The translations under genes and the position numbers were made by a program. DNA of 64,000 nt from Clostridiales bacterium (GTDB lineage: Bacteria > Bacillota > Clostridia > Christensenellales > UBA3700): NCBI GenBank assembly GCA_014799575.1, contig JAAVHS010000015.1, positions 220,382 through 284,381 on the forward strand, in the 5' to 3' direction. Below are positions 10,470 to 19,654 of the stretch, piece after piece. The notes beneath the pieces were generated by a model that did not search any database, was not told the DNA's origin, and saw only the letters and a program-made list of their open reading frames with translations. Positions within the stretch are counted from its first letter, which is position 1. Every line of letters starts with the position of its first letter.

Positions 10470-11144
10470 TTATTTCTTCTTGCCCTTAGGCGCAGTCTTT
10501 TGAGCCACGAAGTAATCGAAGAGCAATTCGTCGCTGTAAGTCTGCTGACCCGTCGCTTTCAAAGTACATTCCTGAATGTATTGATAGCAACTGCGCTCCA
10601 TAACTCTAATTATCTCCAAAGCTTCGTCCATATCCTTGCCTGCGCAGAATACGCCGTGGTTTGCCATAAAGCAAGCGCTTCTGTCTTTCATAGCCTCAAC
10701 GGTGCCGTTTTTGAGTTTCTTCGTTCCGGGAAGTCCGTACGCGCCCACTCTGCACGAACCGCCGACAAGTCTTTGCATATCGTCGTTCATAACGGGCAAT
10801 TCAATTCTTGCCGACGCAAGTATCGAACAGAAAATCGGATGCGAGTGAATAGTCGCGTTGATTTCAGGTCTTGCCTGCATAATTGCCGCGTGAATTTTTC
10901 TCTCGCTGGTAGGCTTTTTGCCGTCGCTCCAAATAGACGGATCGCTGATTTGCACTACCGGCATATCTTCGGGAGTAAGCGCAATATAGTCAAGTCCCGT
11001 AGGCGTAACCAACATGTGGTCTTCGTCAAGTCTTGTAGCGGTATTTCCCCACGTACCTTGAACAAGGTTTTCGTTAAGAAGAGTTACGCCGCTGTCCTTT
11101 ATTACCTGTCTCAATCTAAGTTCGGTTTCTTTATCCCATGCCAT
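10470..11144 (-). CDS. Class II aldolase/adducin-family enzyme (FucA/AraD-like, catalytic residues intact)
   Basis: Aligns by eye to E. coli FucA: GTWGNTA (GTAGN), SERKIH (Glu), IHSH (His-x-His), ANHG (third His). Confidence 0.8.
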   Translation of the reverse strand: MAWDKETELRLRQVIKDSGVTLLNENLVQGTWGNTATRLDEDHMLVTPTGLDYIALTPEDMPVVQISDPSIWSDGKKPTSERKIHAAIMQARPEINATIHSHPIFCSILASARIELPVMNDDMQRLVGGSCRVGAYGLPGTKKLKNGTVEAMKDRSACFMANHGVFCAGKDMDEALEIIRVMERSCYQYIQECTLKATGQQTYSDELLFDYFVAQKTAPKGKKK

Positions 11145-11145
11145 A

Positions 11146-11817
11146 TTACACCTCGCCTTCTTCCTTGACGGAAGTATCTTCGCTTACGCTCTCGCTCTCT
11201 TCTTTCAAAGTGAGATTCTCTTGATTTGTCTTGCTGTATTTCTTCTTGTAAATAAGTCTCATCAATCTTGCTTCAAGTCCGTTGATAATCTTGTTCTCGC
11301 CGATTACGCTTGAAGCGACGAAGCAGTGGCTTGCCTTGTCAAGCACGAGTACGCAAGTATAAGCCTCGTCAAGCGTACGACCCGAAGTAATGCAACCTTT
11401 GTCCTTAACAAGACAGGAATTTCTTCCCTTCAAAGTCTTGATTATGCTTGCGATATCGTCATTTGCGGTCTTGCAGGTAGGTCCTACGATTTGAGCCATA
11501 TCGTCGAGTACTGCAGGAATCGTAACGCCCGCTTTGGCGATAGGCATAACCCACTTTGGATAACACTGACAAATAGCGTTGATATCTTCTCTCGACTTGT
11601 AAATTTCTGCGTGGTATTTGTATTCGTTTTCCACTTTGAAAATATTCATTTTGATTACGTCATCTTCTTTGAGGTCGCAAAGTTTAACGCCCGCTTTGGT
11701 GATATACATAAAGTTGAGTTCGGTTCTCAAACTTATCATATCGCTTTCGCCGACAACTTTTTCATCCACAAGTCTTTGAGCGTACTCTAAAATTGTTTGG
11801 ACGGTTTTGTTCATCAT
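11146..11817 (-). CDS. Class II aldolase-like paralogue with substituted metal ligands
   Basis: Same fold pattern, but HxH is replaced by CQC, the third His box is KDKG, and the GxxGN phosphate loop is lost. Acidic Ser/Glu tail. ATGA overlap with the kinase stop. Confidence 0.65.
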   Translation of the reverse strand: MMNKTVQTILEYAQRLVDEKVVGESDMISLRTELNFMYITKAGVKLCDLKEDDVIKMNIFKVENEYKYHAEIYKSREDINAICQCYPKWVMPIAKAGVTIPAVLDDMAQIVGPTCKTANDDIASIIKTLKGRNSCLVKDKGCITSGRTLDEAYTCVLVLDKASHCFVASSVIGENKIINGLEARLMRLIYKKKYSKTNQENLTLKEESESVSEDTSVKEEGEV

Positions 11818-13346
11818 TCTTCTCCTTCAAATCTTTTGGAATTAGCCTTTTTATACGTCTTTTCAAGACTGTAATAAATCTCTTTATAACTCTTGAAAAG
11901 TTCGTCGTAAATATACTTGTTCTTGGGGTTGGGTCGATAGGTTTTGCTCTCTATGACAAAGTTCTTTGCCTCGGCAAAACTCTTCAACTCTCCAAGACCG
12001 ATAAGCGCAATTATCGCCGCGCCCAAAGCGCCTGCGTTGCGCGGATTTTGCACGATTGCAAATTCGCTTCCCGTAATGTCCGCTATAATTTGCATCCACG
12101 CGTCGTCCAATGCGCCGCCGCCAATAATTCTGAACTGTCTGCAATGGAATTTATAATCCTTGCGGAAGTTCTCGAGTATCCATCTCAAATTGTAGCCTAT
12201 ACCTTCGTACAAGGCTTTCATTATATGCTCTCTCGTGTGATTTGGAGTAACGTTCCAAAGCGTAGCTCTCGTCGTCGTAGAAGATACGGGGCATCTCTCG
12301 CCCAACATCCACGGAGTGCATATCAAGTGGTCCGAACCTGCGGGTATGGACTCGATTACCTTATCCATATACGCGTAAATTCCGTCGCCGAGTTCCTTTT
12401 GCTCGGTCGCGAAAAACTGGTCGCATATCCATTGTATGTTGCTACCTGCCGCCTCGGTAATACCGCAGATAAGATTCATTTCGGGGTCTGCCGACTGAAT
12501 AGCCGCCGCGCCGTGCTTGAATTTGGTTTTCGTCTTGCTCGACGCCGCAACCCACGCCGACGTGCCGAGATAAATGTGAATATCTCCGTCGCCGTTCATA
12601 CCGCTACCGATAGCCGCCGCTTGCGTGTCGTCACAACCGCCGAATACGGCAGTTCCTTCGCAAAGTCCCATTCTCTCAGCCGCTTCCTTGGTAAGTCCGT
12701 TGCCTATCTTATCGGTGCTCTTGACGAGCGGAGGAAGCTTTTTGAGATCAATACCGATGAGCTTCAATGCGCTCATCCAAGTCTTTTTCTTGAGGTCAAG
12801 ACCGTAGCTCGACGCGCCCGAAAGTTCGGCAACCATCTCGCCCGTACACTTGTATTTCAAAAATCCGTTGACGTCGAGGAAGTACTTGGTGTTGTTGTAC
12901 ACGTCGGGACGTTCCTCTCTCAACCATTGAATTTTGGATACGACGTCTTTACCCATAATAGGCGTACCCGATACGAGAGTAAATATACCCTTTCCGCCCA
13001 CTTTCTTCATAAGCGTCTGCGCTTGCTTTTCCGCTCTGCCGTCAACCCAAGTGATATTGCGGTGCAAAACTCTTCCGTTTGCGTCAACGGGAATAATACC
13101 CATCGCTTGCGTGGAAAATATTACGCCCTCCACGTCCTTGGGGTCAATACCGGTCTCTTCGACAATCGTCTTGGATGCAAGACAAACGGCATCCCAATAT
13201 TCGTCCGGCTCTTGTTCTACGAAAGCCGGCGCGGGATAGTAAGTGGGATACGGAACCGCTTTGGAAGCGACTATATTTCCGTTGAAGTCGATAAGTACCG
13301 CCTTGTCGGAACTCGTACCCATATCGTGCGCCATTATGTATTTCAT
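11814..13346 (-). CDS. FGGY-family carbohydrate kinase (xylulokinase/ribulokinase-like)
   Basis: N-terminal MAHDMGTSSDKAVL (actin-like ATPase phosphate-1), an FGGCDDTQAA box and a GGGALDDAWMQI box. ATG at 13346 follows AAGAGGA; the track start at 13400 is further upstream. Confidence 0.85.
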   Translation of the reverse strand: MKYIMAHDMGTSSDKAVLIDFNGNIVASKAVPYPTYYPAPAFVEQEPDEYWDAVCLASKTIVEETGIDPKDVEGVIFSTQAMGIIPVDANGRVLHRNITWVDGRAEKQAQTLMKKVGGKGIFTLVSGTPIMGKDVVSKIQWLREERPDVYNNTKYFLDVNGFLKYKCTGEMVAELSGASSYGLDLKKKTWMSALKLIGIDLKKLPPLVKSTDKIGNGLTKEAAERMGLCEGTAVFGGCDDTQAAAIGSGMNGDGDIHIYLGTSAWVAASSKTKTKFKHGAAAIQSADPEMNLICGITEAAGSNIQWICDQFFATEQKELGDGIYAYMDKVIESIPAGSDHLICTPWMLGERCPVSSTTTRATLWNVTPNHTREHIMKALYEGIGYNLRWILENFRKDYKFHCRQFRIIGGGALDDAWMQIIADITGSEFAIVQNPRNAGALGAAIIALIGLGELKSFAEAKNFVIESKTYRPNPKNKYIYDELFKSYKEIYYSLEKTYKKANSKRFEGEE

Positions 13347-13430
13347 ATAAATCCTCTTGTAATTAAGTTTCTTAAAAATCGCCAAATGCCGACTGCGCAT
13401 TTCTACGCAATCGGCATAGGTTTATTTGAA

Positions 13431-15080
13431 TTACTTTTTGCTGTTAGCTTTTGCTTCGGCAGCCTCTGCCTTTGCGAGCATCTTCTCTGCCTTCTTATAC
13501 TTCTTCTCGTTTACGCCTTTGTACTTGTTCATCTTGTACTTAGCTACTTGCTTATCCATTGGCTCGGTGATTTCCTCAACCATACCGAATACGGTGTCGA
13601 ATCTGTTGAGTGCGTCGTCGATTACCTCGTCGGTGTCTGCCATAGACGTGTAAAGACGCGAACCTGCCAAAGTAACGATACCATTTGCCATATATGCGGC
13701 GCCCATGTGTTCCATAGCAACCTTTCTTACCATGATCATATCTTGCTTCTTGAGAACCTTGAGGAGCGTGAGCATGCTCTTGGATGAGAAGTCATAGCTC
13801 ATTGCGCCCGTACACTCGAGGTGGACGATAGAACCTTGGTTGTAAGCAACGTAAGGCAAATTGTGCTTTTCGATCAACTTAACAAGACCGTCGGTCAACC
13901 TGTCGCCTGCTAAGCCTGCTTTAACGCAAGCGTTTGTCTCTGCAATCTTCTTGATTGCGACGTAACCTGCCATTGCGGAAAGCGGGTTTGCCGCCAAAGT
14001 ACCGCCGCAGTACGCTTTCTTTGCGCCGCCTGCAACGCCTGCTGCGAGGAGCGAAACGTATTCTCTCTTACCGCCTACGCCGCCTGCCGCAGGATAACCG
14101 CCCGCAACAATCTTACCGAAGATGGTGAGGTCAGGCTTAACGCCAAAGAATCCTTGAGCTCCGCCGAGACCTACTCTGAAGCCGGTAACAACTTCGTCGA
14201 AGATGAAGAGCGCGCCGTACTTGTGAGCAAGTTCCAAAGCCTTTTGGTTGTAATCGAAATCTACAGGACGGGTACCCGATTCAGGACCTACCGGCTCAAC
14301 GATAACCGCAGCCGTACCGCCTCTGTGTCTCTTGTTGTATTTGAGGTAATCTTCAAGCATATTGAGGTCGTTTGGTCTAACTTCGTCAATTACGGAGAAG
14401 ATATTGTTTGGAATACCGTGCGACTCGAGGAATTGTCTTGTGCCCGGAACTTTAAGTCCGTAAACCATTTGGTCGGACCAACCGTGATATGCGCCGCCTA
14501 TTTTGATGATTCTCTTATTCTTGGTCTGGCATCTTGCAATACGAATTGCCGCCATAACGGATTCTGTACCCGAACCAAGCATTCTGAACATCTCTACGTT
14601 TGGCATGTGCTTGTTGATTTCCTTTGCGATAAGGAGCTCTGCCTCGTGGAAAAGACCCGTTACAGGACCGCATTCCTTGATGAGTTTGATAGCCTCTTCT
14701 TGAACGTCGGGATAGTTGCTACCCAAGATGGTAGGACCGCCGGCTTGCAAGAAGTCGATATACTTATTGCCGTCGATATCGTAAAGGTATGCGCCCTCGG
14801 CTTTCGTCATGCACATTGGGAACGGCTTGTTGAACGCCAAGTTGTGTTGAACGCCGCCCGGGATATACTTCTTTGCCTCGGTGGTAATTTCTTTTGAACC
14901 TGCGCAATCTACGTCGTAGTAGGTCTCACAAATCTCTTTGTACTTCTCGGCAGGAATAGAATAGATATTCTGATCCGTAAGTTCTTTGAGACTTTGATTT
15001 ATTTCTTTTGCGCTACCCCAGCGCGATATGCCGTAACCTTCTTGAACTTTTTCCGGTAGCGGCTTGTAAGTAACTTTCAT
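13431..15080 (-). CDS. Class III (GSA-aminomutase-like) PLP-dependent aminotransferase with N- and C-terminal extensions
   Basis: YIDFLQAGGPTILG, GSGTESVMAAIRIAR, FIFDEVVTGFR, IFGKIVAGG (PLP Lys). AAGGAGG SD. Confidence 0.8.
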   Translation of the reverse strand: MKVTYKPLPEKVQEGYGISRWGSAKEINQSLKELTDQNIYSIPAEKYKEICETYYDVDCAGSKEITTEAKKYIPGGVQHNLAFNKPFPMCMTKAEGAYLYDIDGNKYIDFLQAGGPTILGSNYPDVQEEAIKLIKECGPVTGLFHEAELLIAKEINKHMPNVEMFRMLGSGTESVMAAIRIARCQTKNKRIIKIGGAYHGWSDQMVYGLKVPGTRQFLESHGIPNNIFSVIDEVRPNDLNMLEDYLKYNKRHRGGTAAVIVEPVGPESGTRPVDFDYNQKALELAHKYGALFIFDEVVTGFRVGLGGAQGFFGVKPDLTIFGKIVAGGYPAAGGVGGKREYVSLLAAGVAGGAKKAYCGGTLAANPLSAMAGYVAIKKIAETNACVKAGLAGDRLTDGLVKLIEKHNLPYVAYNQGSIVHLECTGAMSYDFSSKSMLTLLKVLKKQDMIMVRKVAMEHMGAAYMANGIVTLAGSRLYTSMADTDEVIDDALNRFDTVFGMVEEITEPMDKQVAKYKMNKYKGVNEKKYKKAEKMLAKAEAAEAKANSKK

Positions 15081-15337
15081 AGTTTGCCTCCTTAAAGTTA
15101 AATTAAATATTACAAATAAATTTTACCATACTTAATTGATTGTTGTCAATAATGTTTTTTTATATAAATGCCTTATATTATAAAAATTTTGTATAATGTT
15201 TGAAAATTTTAATCGACACTAGTCGATAAAAAATACAATAATTTACAAATGATGAATTTTTGTGAAATAAATGGTTTTGGTTGTAATTTATTTTGAATAT
15301 ATGTTATAATGAAAAAAAACTTTTGAAAAGGTATTTT

Positions 15338-16630
15338 ATGGACACAACAGAGTACAAAAACGGGCAAAAAATTTATGACCTCATCAAAGAAGTCATAGAC
15401 GTTACCGGACCTAGACTTCCGGGTAGCGAAGAGGAAAAAATCGGCGCAAAAATCGTAGCCGAGCAAATGCAAAGAGAATTGAATGCGACTGCAACGACCG
15501 AAGAGTTTAAGACTCCCCGTCACGCTTGCATAAGCGCAATACCGTGGCTTGGCTGGGCAGGCTTTGTATTCTTCTGCTTATTCTACCTATCCCCGATAGC
15601 AAGTCTTGTGGGAGCGGCGTGCTTGTTGCTATTCGCGCTATTGCACATCTTCTATTACAGCCACCTACTCGACCCTCTTTTCAAAAAAGATATTTCGCAA
15701 AACGTTTACGCGGTAATTCCCCCGAAATCGGGTAAAGCAAAATACAATATTATGATGACGGCGCACATTGATAGCAGTTGGTGCTGGTTGCACTCGTACC
15801 ACAACGCCAACACTATGATTTTGAAGACGGCTATCGGCGTTGTCAGCGTGGTTGGACTTTTGGTAATATCGCTTGTCACAATCATACTTCAAGCAAAAGC
15901 GGGCTTGTCCCTTTCGTTTATGTCTCTCAAAGACGTATTCGCAAATATCTCGGGCGGAACGAAAAGCAAACTTGACGTTGCCCTTTTGGTATTCTACTGC
16001 TTGCCTCTCATCTGCTTGCCGGGACTTTATTTCCTCTCGAGATTTATGTCTTGGAGCAAAGAAAAAGCGGCGCCGGGCGCTATGGACAACCTCAGCGGCG
16101 TGGCTACTGCAATCGAAGTCGCTAAGCACTTTATCAACGATGAAAGCGAAGTCGCTAAAGACGCTCAATTCGTGGTAGTAGGAACGGGCGCGGAAGAAAG
16201 CGGACTTGTCGGCGCGCTTGCATTCGTCAAAAAGCATAAGGACGACAAGAACTTCTTCAACGAAGATACGTACGTACTCAACCTCGATTCTTTCAGAGAT
16301 ATGGACAACTTCAACGTAGTGTGCAAAGACTCTCTTCAATTCGTTCCGTTTGATAAAGAACTTATTCAGCTTTCCAAACAGGCGATTGACAACTGCGGCG
16401 TACAATCTCACTTGATTGAAAATCCTATCGGCGGAAGCGACTCGACGGCATTTGCAAGAGCGGGCATCAAGACCGTTACTTTGAATGCGCAAGACCCTCG
16501 CCCGACGAATTACTACCACACCACCAACGACGGTATGGATAACCTCAATATCGATACTTTGGAAAAGGGCTATGAGGTAGTAAATGAATTGATAAGACTT
16601 ATCGACGAAAAGTATAAGGACAAAGACTAA
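15338..16630 (+). CDS. M28 family metallopeptidase with integral-membrane segments
   Basis: M28 ligand boxes (TAHIDSSW, GAMDNLSGVA, GTGAEESGLVGA, YHTTND) interleaved with about 4 TM helices. ATG at 15338. Confidence 0.75.
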   Translation: MDTTEYKNGQKIYDLIKEVIDVTGPRLPGSEEEKIGAKIVAEQMQRELNATATTEEFKTPRHACISAIPWLGWAGFVFFCLFYLSPIASLVGAACLLLFALLHIFYYSHLLDPLFKKDISQNVYAVIPPKSGKAKYNIMMTAHIDSSWCWLHSYHNANTMILKTAIGVVSVVGLLVISLVTIILQAKAGLSLSFMSLKDVFANISGGTKSKLDVALLVFYCLPLICLPGLYFLSRFMSWSKEKAAPGAMDNLSGVATAIEVAKHFINDESEVAKDAQFVVVGTGAEESGLVGALAFVKKHKDDKNFFNEDTYVLNLDSFRDMDNFNVVCKDSLQFVPFDKELIQLSKQAIDNCGVQSHLIENPIGGSDSTAFARAGIKTVTLNAQDPRPTNYYHTTNDGMDNLNIDTLEKGYEVVNELIRLIDEKYKDKD

Positions 16631-16649
16631 ACAAGGAAGATAAAGATTT

Positions 16650-17906
16650 ATGAAAAAAGTACCGTTCGTGACCAAGGAACAGATTGAAAAAATTACTCAA
16701 AAATACCCCACTCCTTTCCACATCTACGACGAGAAAGGCATAAGAGAAAATGCAAGGCTTCTCAAAAAGGCGTTTTCGTGGAATAAGGGATTTAAGGAAT
16801 ACTTCGCGGTAAAGGCGACGCCGAATCCGTATATTCTTCAAATCCTCAGAGAAGAAGGCGCGGGCGCGGACTGCTCGTCTTTGACGGAACTTATGATGAG
16901 CGAAAAGGTAGGTTTTAAGGGCAACGAGATTATGTTCTCGTCCAACGTTACTCCAAAAGCGGACTTCGCTCTCGCTCAAAAATTGGGCGCGATTATCAAC
17001 TTCGACGACCTCACCCATATTGACTATTACAAAGAGATTGCGCCATTCCAAGAGACGATGTGCTGTCGATACAATCCGGGCGGCGACTTCACTCTCAACA
17101 ATGAGATTATGGACACTCCGAAAGACGCCAAATACGGTATGACCAAAGAGCAAATCAAGATTGCTTACGCTAAACTCAGAGATTACGGCGTAAAGCGATT
17201 TGGCATACACGCGTTTTTGGCGAGCAACACCGTAGGCACGGGCTACTACCCCACGCTTGCGAAAATACTTTTCGAACTCGCTGTCGAGATTAAAAACGAA
17301 CTCGGCATAAACATATCCTTCATCAATCTCTCGGGCGGCGTAGGCGTACAGTATCGCCCCGACAAGGAAGGCAACGACATTCTAGCAATCGGCGAGGGCG
17401 TGCGAAAGGCGTATGAAGAAGTTATGGTCCCCAACGGATTGGGAGACGTGGCTATATTCACCGAACTCGGCAGATTTATGCTTGCTCCTTACGGCGCGTT
17501 GATAGCCAAAGTAATTCACAAAAAGCATATTTGGAAAGAGTACATCGGACTTGACGCTTGCGCGGCAAATCTTATGCGTCCCGCAATGTACGGCGCTTAT
17601 CATCATATAACAGTGCTTGGCAAGGAAAACGAACCTCTCACCTACAAGTGCGACGTAACGGGCGGTCTTTGCGAAAACAACGACAAATTCGCAGTAGACA
17701 GAATGTTGCCGCAAATAGAAATCGGCGACTACGTCAATATCCACGACGCAGGCGCGCACGGTTTTGCTATGGGATATAACTACAACGGAAAACTCCGCTC
17801 TGCCGAACTTCTTCTCAAAGAAGACGGAAGCGTCAAAATGATAAGAAGAGCCGAGACGCCTGAAGACTATTTCGCTACGCTCGACTTCGACGGCTTGAAA
17901 AAATAA
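16650..17906 (+). CDS. lysA: PLP-dependent decarboxylase, diaminopimelate decarboxylase-like
   Basis: Orn/DAP/Arg decarboxylase family 2 boxes (YFAVKATPN PLP-Lys, GAGADCSS, SGGVGV, GGLCENNDKF). Confidence 0.7.
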   Translation: MKKVPFVTKEQIEKITQKYPTPFHIYDEKGIRENARLLKKAFSWNKGFKEYFAVKATPNPYILQILREEGAGADCSSLTELMMSEKVGFKGNEIMFSSNVTPKADFALAQKLGAIINFDDLTHIDYYKEIAPFQETMCCRYNPGGDFTLNNEIMDTPKDAKYGMTKEQIKIAYAKLRDYGVKRFGIHAFLASNTVGTGYYPTLAKILFELAVEIKNELGINISFINLSGGVGVQYRPDKEGNDILAIGEGVRKAYEEVMVPNGLGDVAIFTELGRFMLAPYGALIAKVIHKKHIWKEYIGLDACAANLMRPAMYGAYHHITVLGKENEPLTYKCDVTGGLCENNDKFAVDRMLPQIEIGDYVNIHDAGAHGFAMGYNYNGKLRSAELLLKEDGSVKMIRRAETPEDYFATLDFDGLKK

Positions 17907-17963
17907 CTGTGTAAAATTTGTTTATAATGCAATACTCATTATAAATGGAGAATTGAAAATATA

Positions 17964-18872
17964 ATGAAGAAAAAAATTTACGTTACCGCTATAATACTCA
18001 CGCTGACTTTGATTCTTTGCTTCTCCGTCGGTTGTTCTCTCTTTACCAACGACAACGAACCTCAAAAGTATTTTGTGGAAATCGGACAAGTTGAAGACTC
18101 GCGAGTGGCAAGCATTGTCGCCAACAACACGCTTGATTCTTGCGTAAGAATAAGCGCGTTTTATCCAAGCGCATCTGAGACAAGCAAAAGTAGCGGTTTC
18201 TTCGTTACCTCCGACGGATATATTGTCACCAACCGCCATTGCGTGGTACGCTTCCCAAACGGCGAAGACCTTCCATCGCAAGAAGGCGAAATCCCTATTA
18301 ACGTAAAATATACCGTGACGGATACCAAAGGCGACTCTTACAGCGCGAAACTCGTCGCTTACAGCAAAACCGCGGACGTCGCTTTGATTAAAATCGTTCC
18401 CAACGTATTGGACACTATCATCGGCTCGACGACAGAATTTTCGCCTATGATATTTGACGTAGATTCAAAACCCTATTACGGAGACAGACTCTATACGATA
18501 GGCAATCCCGAGGATTTGGGCTTTATTCTTACCGAACTTATGGTCGCTTCACCGGGTATTAAACTTTCAAGTAAAAACGATTATTATACTATAATGCTTG
18601 ACGGCAATATCAATCACGGCAACAGCGGCGGCGCGTTGATAGATACGCATAGCCACGTCGTAGGCTTGATATTCGCCCGCGTAGAAGGCGCGTCCAACGA
18701 ACATGATAGTAATAACGCAACTTCCACGGCAGCAAATAATAATACGACTTCCTCGCCAACGTACGGCTTGGGATGCGCTATTCCCGCCGAAGTAGTGACG
18801 ACGTTTTTGGACGATTGCAAAATACAGTATTCTAAATATACTCCCACGCAAAGCGATAATACACAAGAGTAA
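17964..18872 (+). CDS. Trypsin-like (S1C-like) serine protease lipoprotein, no PDZ domain
   Basis: Lipobox FSVGC. Catalytic triad context TNRHCV / ADVALIKI / GNSGGALID. Confidence 0.75.
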   Translation: MKKKIYVTAIILTLTLILCFSVGCSLFTNDNEPQKYFVEIGQVEDSRVASIVANNTLDSCVRISAFYPSASETSKSSGFFVTSDGYIVTNRHCVVRFPNGEDLPSQEGEIPINVKYTVTDTKGDSYSAKLVAYSKTADVALIKIVPNVLDTIIGSTTEFSPMIFDVDSKPYYGDRLYTIGNPEDLGFILTELMVASPGIKLSSKNDYYTIMLDGNINHGNSGGALIDTHSHVVGLIFARVEGASNEHDSNNATSTAANNNTTSSPTYGLGCAIPAEVVTTFLDDCKIQYSKYTPTQSDNTQE

Positions 18873-18895
18873 TTTTAAGAGGCTTATTACAAAAG

Positions 18896-19654
18896 ATGGC
18901 AAAGGACAACGACAACCTTCATGCAAATCATAGAAAGAGAATGCGACAGCGTATTGCCCAAAACGGACTTGACTCTCTGCAAGACCATGAAGTTTTGGAA
19001 TACATACTATACGCGTTTATTCCGAGAAAAGACACAAATCCTATCGCGCATAAATTGTTGGATCTAGCAGGAAGTTTAGAGAACGTATTCAATTCTTCGG
19101 TAGAGATGCTAATGAGCGTACCCAATATGACTTACTCGGCTAGTCTCTTTCTCACTTGCATGCCGAATATAATCAAGAGATACAACCTTCAAAAACACGG
19201 CGACAAACCGCTCTTGTTGAACAGTAGAAGCGCAATAGATTATTTCAAAAATATCTTCGCCCATGAAGACCAAATGCAAGAAAACTTCTTTATTGCTATC
19301 GTTGCTCCCGACGGAAGAGTCGTCGACAGTTGCAAAATAAGCAAGGGCGACAGCGACCAGTGCAAATTAGACGTTAAAAAGTTTATATTGAAAACGGCTA
19401 GTACGCAAGCCAAAGATTTCTTTATCTCACACAACCATCCATCGGGTATTCCTACTCCGTCGCTTACTGATTTTGAATTTACAAAATGGTTGGCGTCGTT
19501 GTCCGTTACGCTTGAATTGCATATGATAGACCATATTATCATAGCAAAAAACGGGCACTATTCTTTCCGCGACAACGGAATAATTGAACAATATACCAAT
19601 GAATTCAAAACGTTTTGCAGAAATACCGACGTAAACGGTAAATATAGAAAATAA
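18896..19654 (+). CDS. RadC-like JAB/MPN domain protein
   Basis: JAMM motif ISHNHPSG...S..D. Typical RadC N-terminal HhH-like region. Confidence 0.8.
   Translation: MAKDNDNLHANHRKRMRQRIAQNGLDSLQDHEVLEYILYAFIPRKDTNPIAHKLLDLAGSLENVFNSSVEMLMSVPNMTYSASLFLTCMPNIIKRYNLQKHGDKPLLLNSRSAIDYFKNIFAHEDQMQENFFIAIVAPDGRVVDSCKISKGDSDQCKLDVKKFILKTASTQAKDFFISHNHPSGIPTPSLTDFEFTKWLASLSVTLELHMIDHIIIAKNGHYSFRDNGIIEQYTNEFKTFCRNTDVNGKYRK

Noticed and set aside
9262-11168. Antisense ORFs 9262-9996 (244 aa) and 10458-11168 (236 aa). The same situation occurs at 15665-16675, 16599-17210, 30877-31788, 52645-53427, 56347-57444, 57626-58267, 59190-60164 and 62074-62706.
   Set aside because: Each overlaps, on the opposite strand, a gene with unmistakable conserved motifs (thyX, aldolase, M28 peptidase, lysA-like, HI0933, NlpC/P60, gap, lipoprotein, GH27, ftsH).
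11793-13787. A 664-aa plus-strand ORF, one of the longest in the track.
   Set aside because: It is antisense to the FGGY kinase and the 3' end of the aminotransferase, both of which have clear family motifs. It spans their intergenic gap. It is Arg/Leu/Ser-rich with no recognisable motif. This is a typical shadow ORF of the coding strand.
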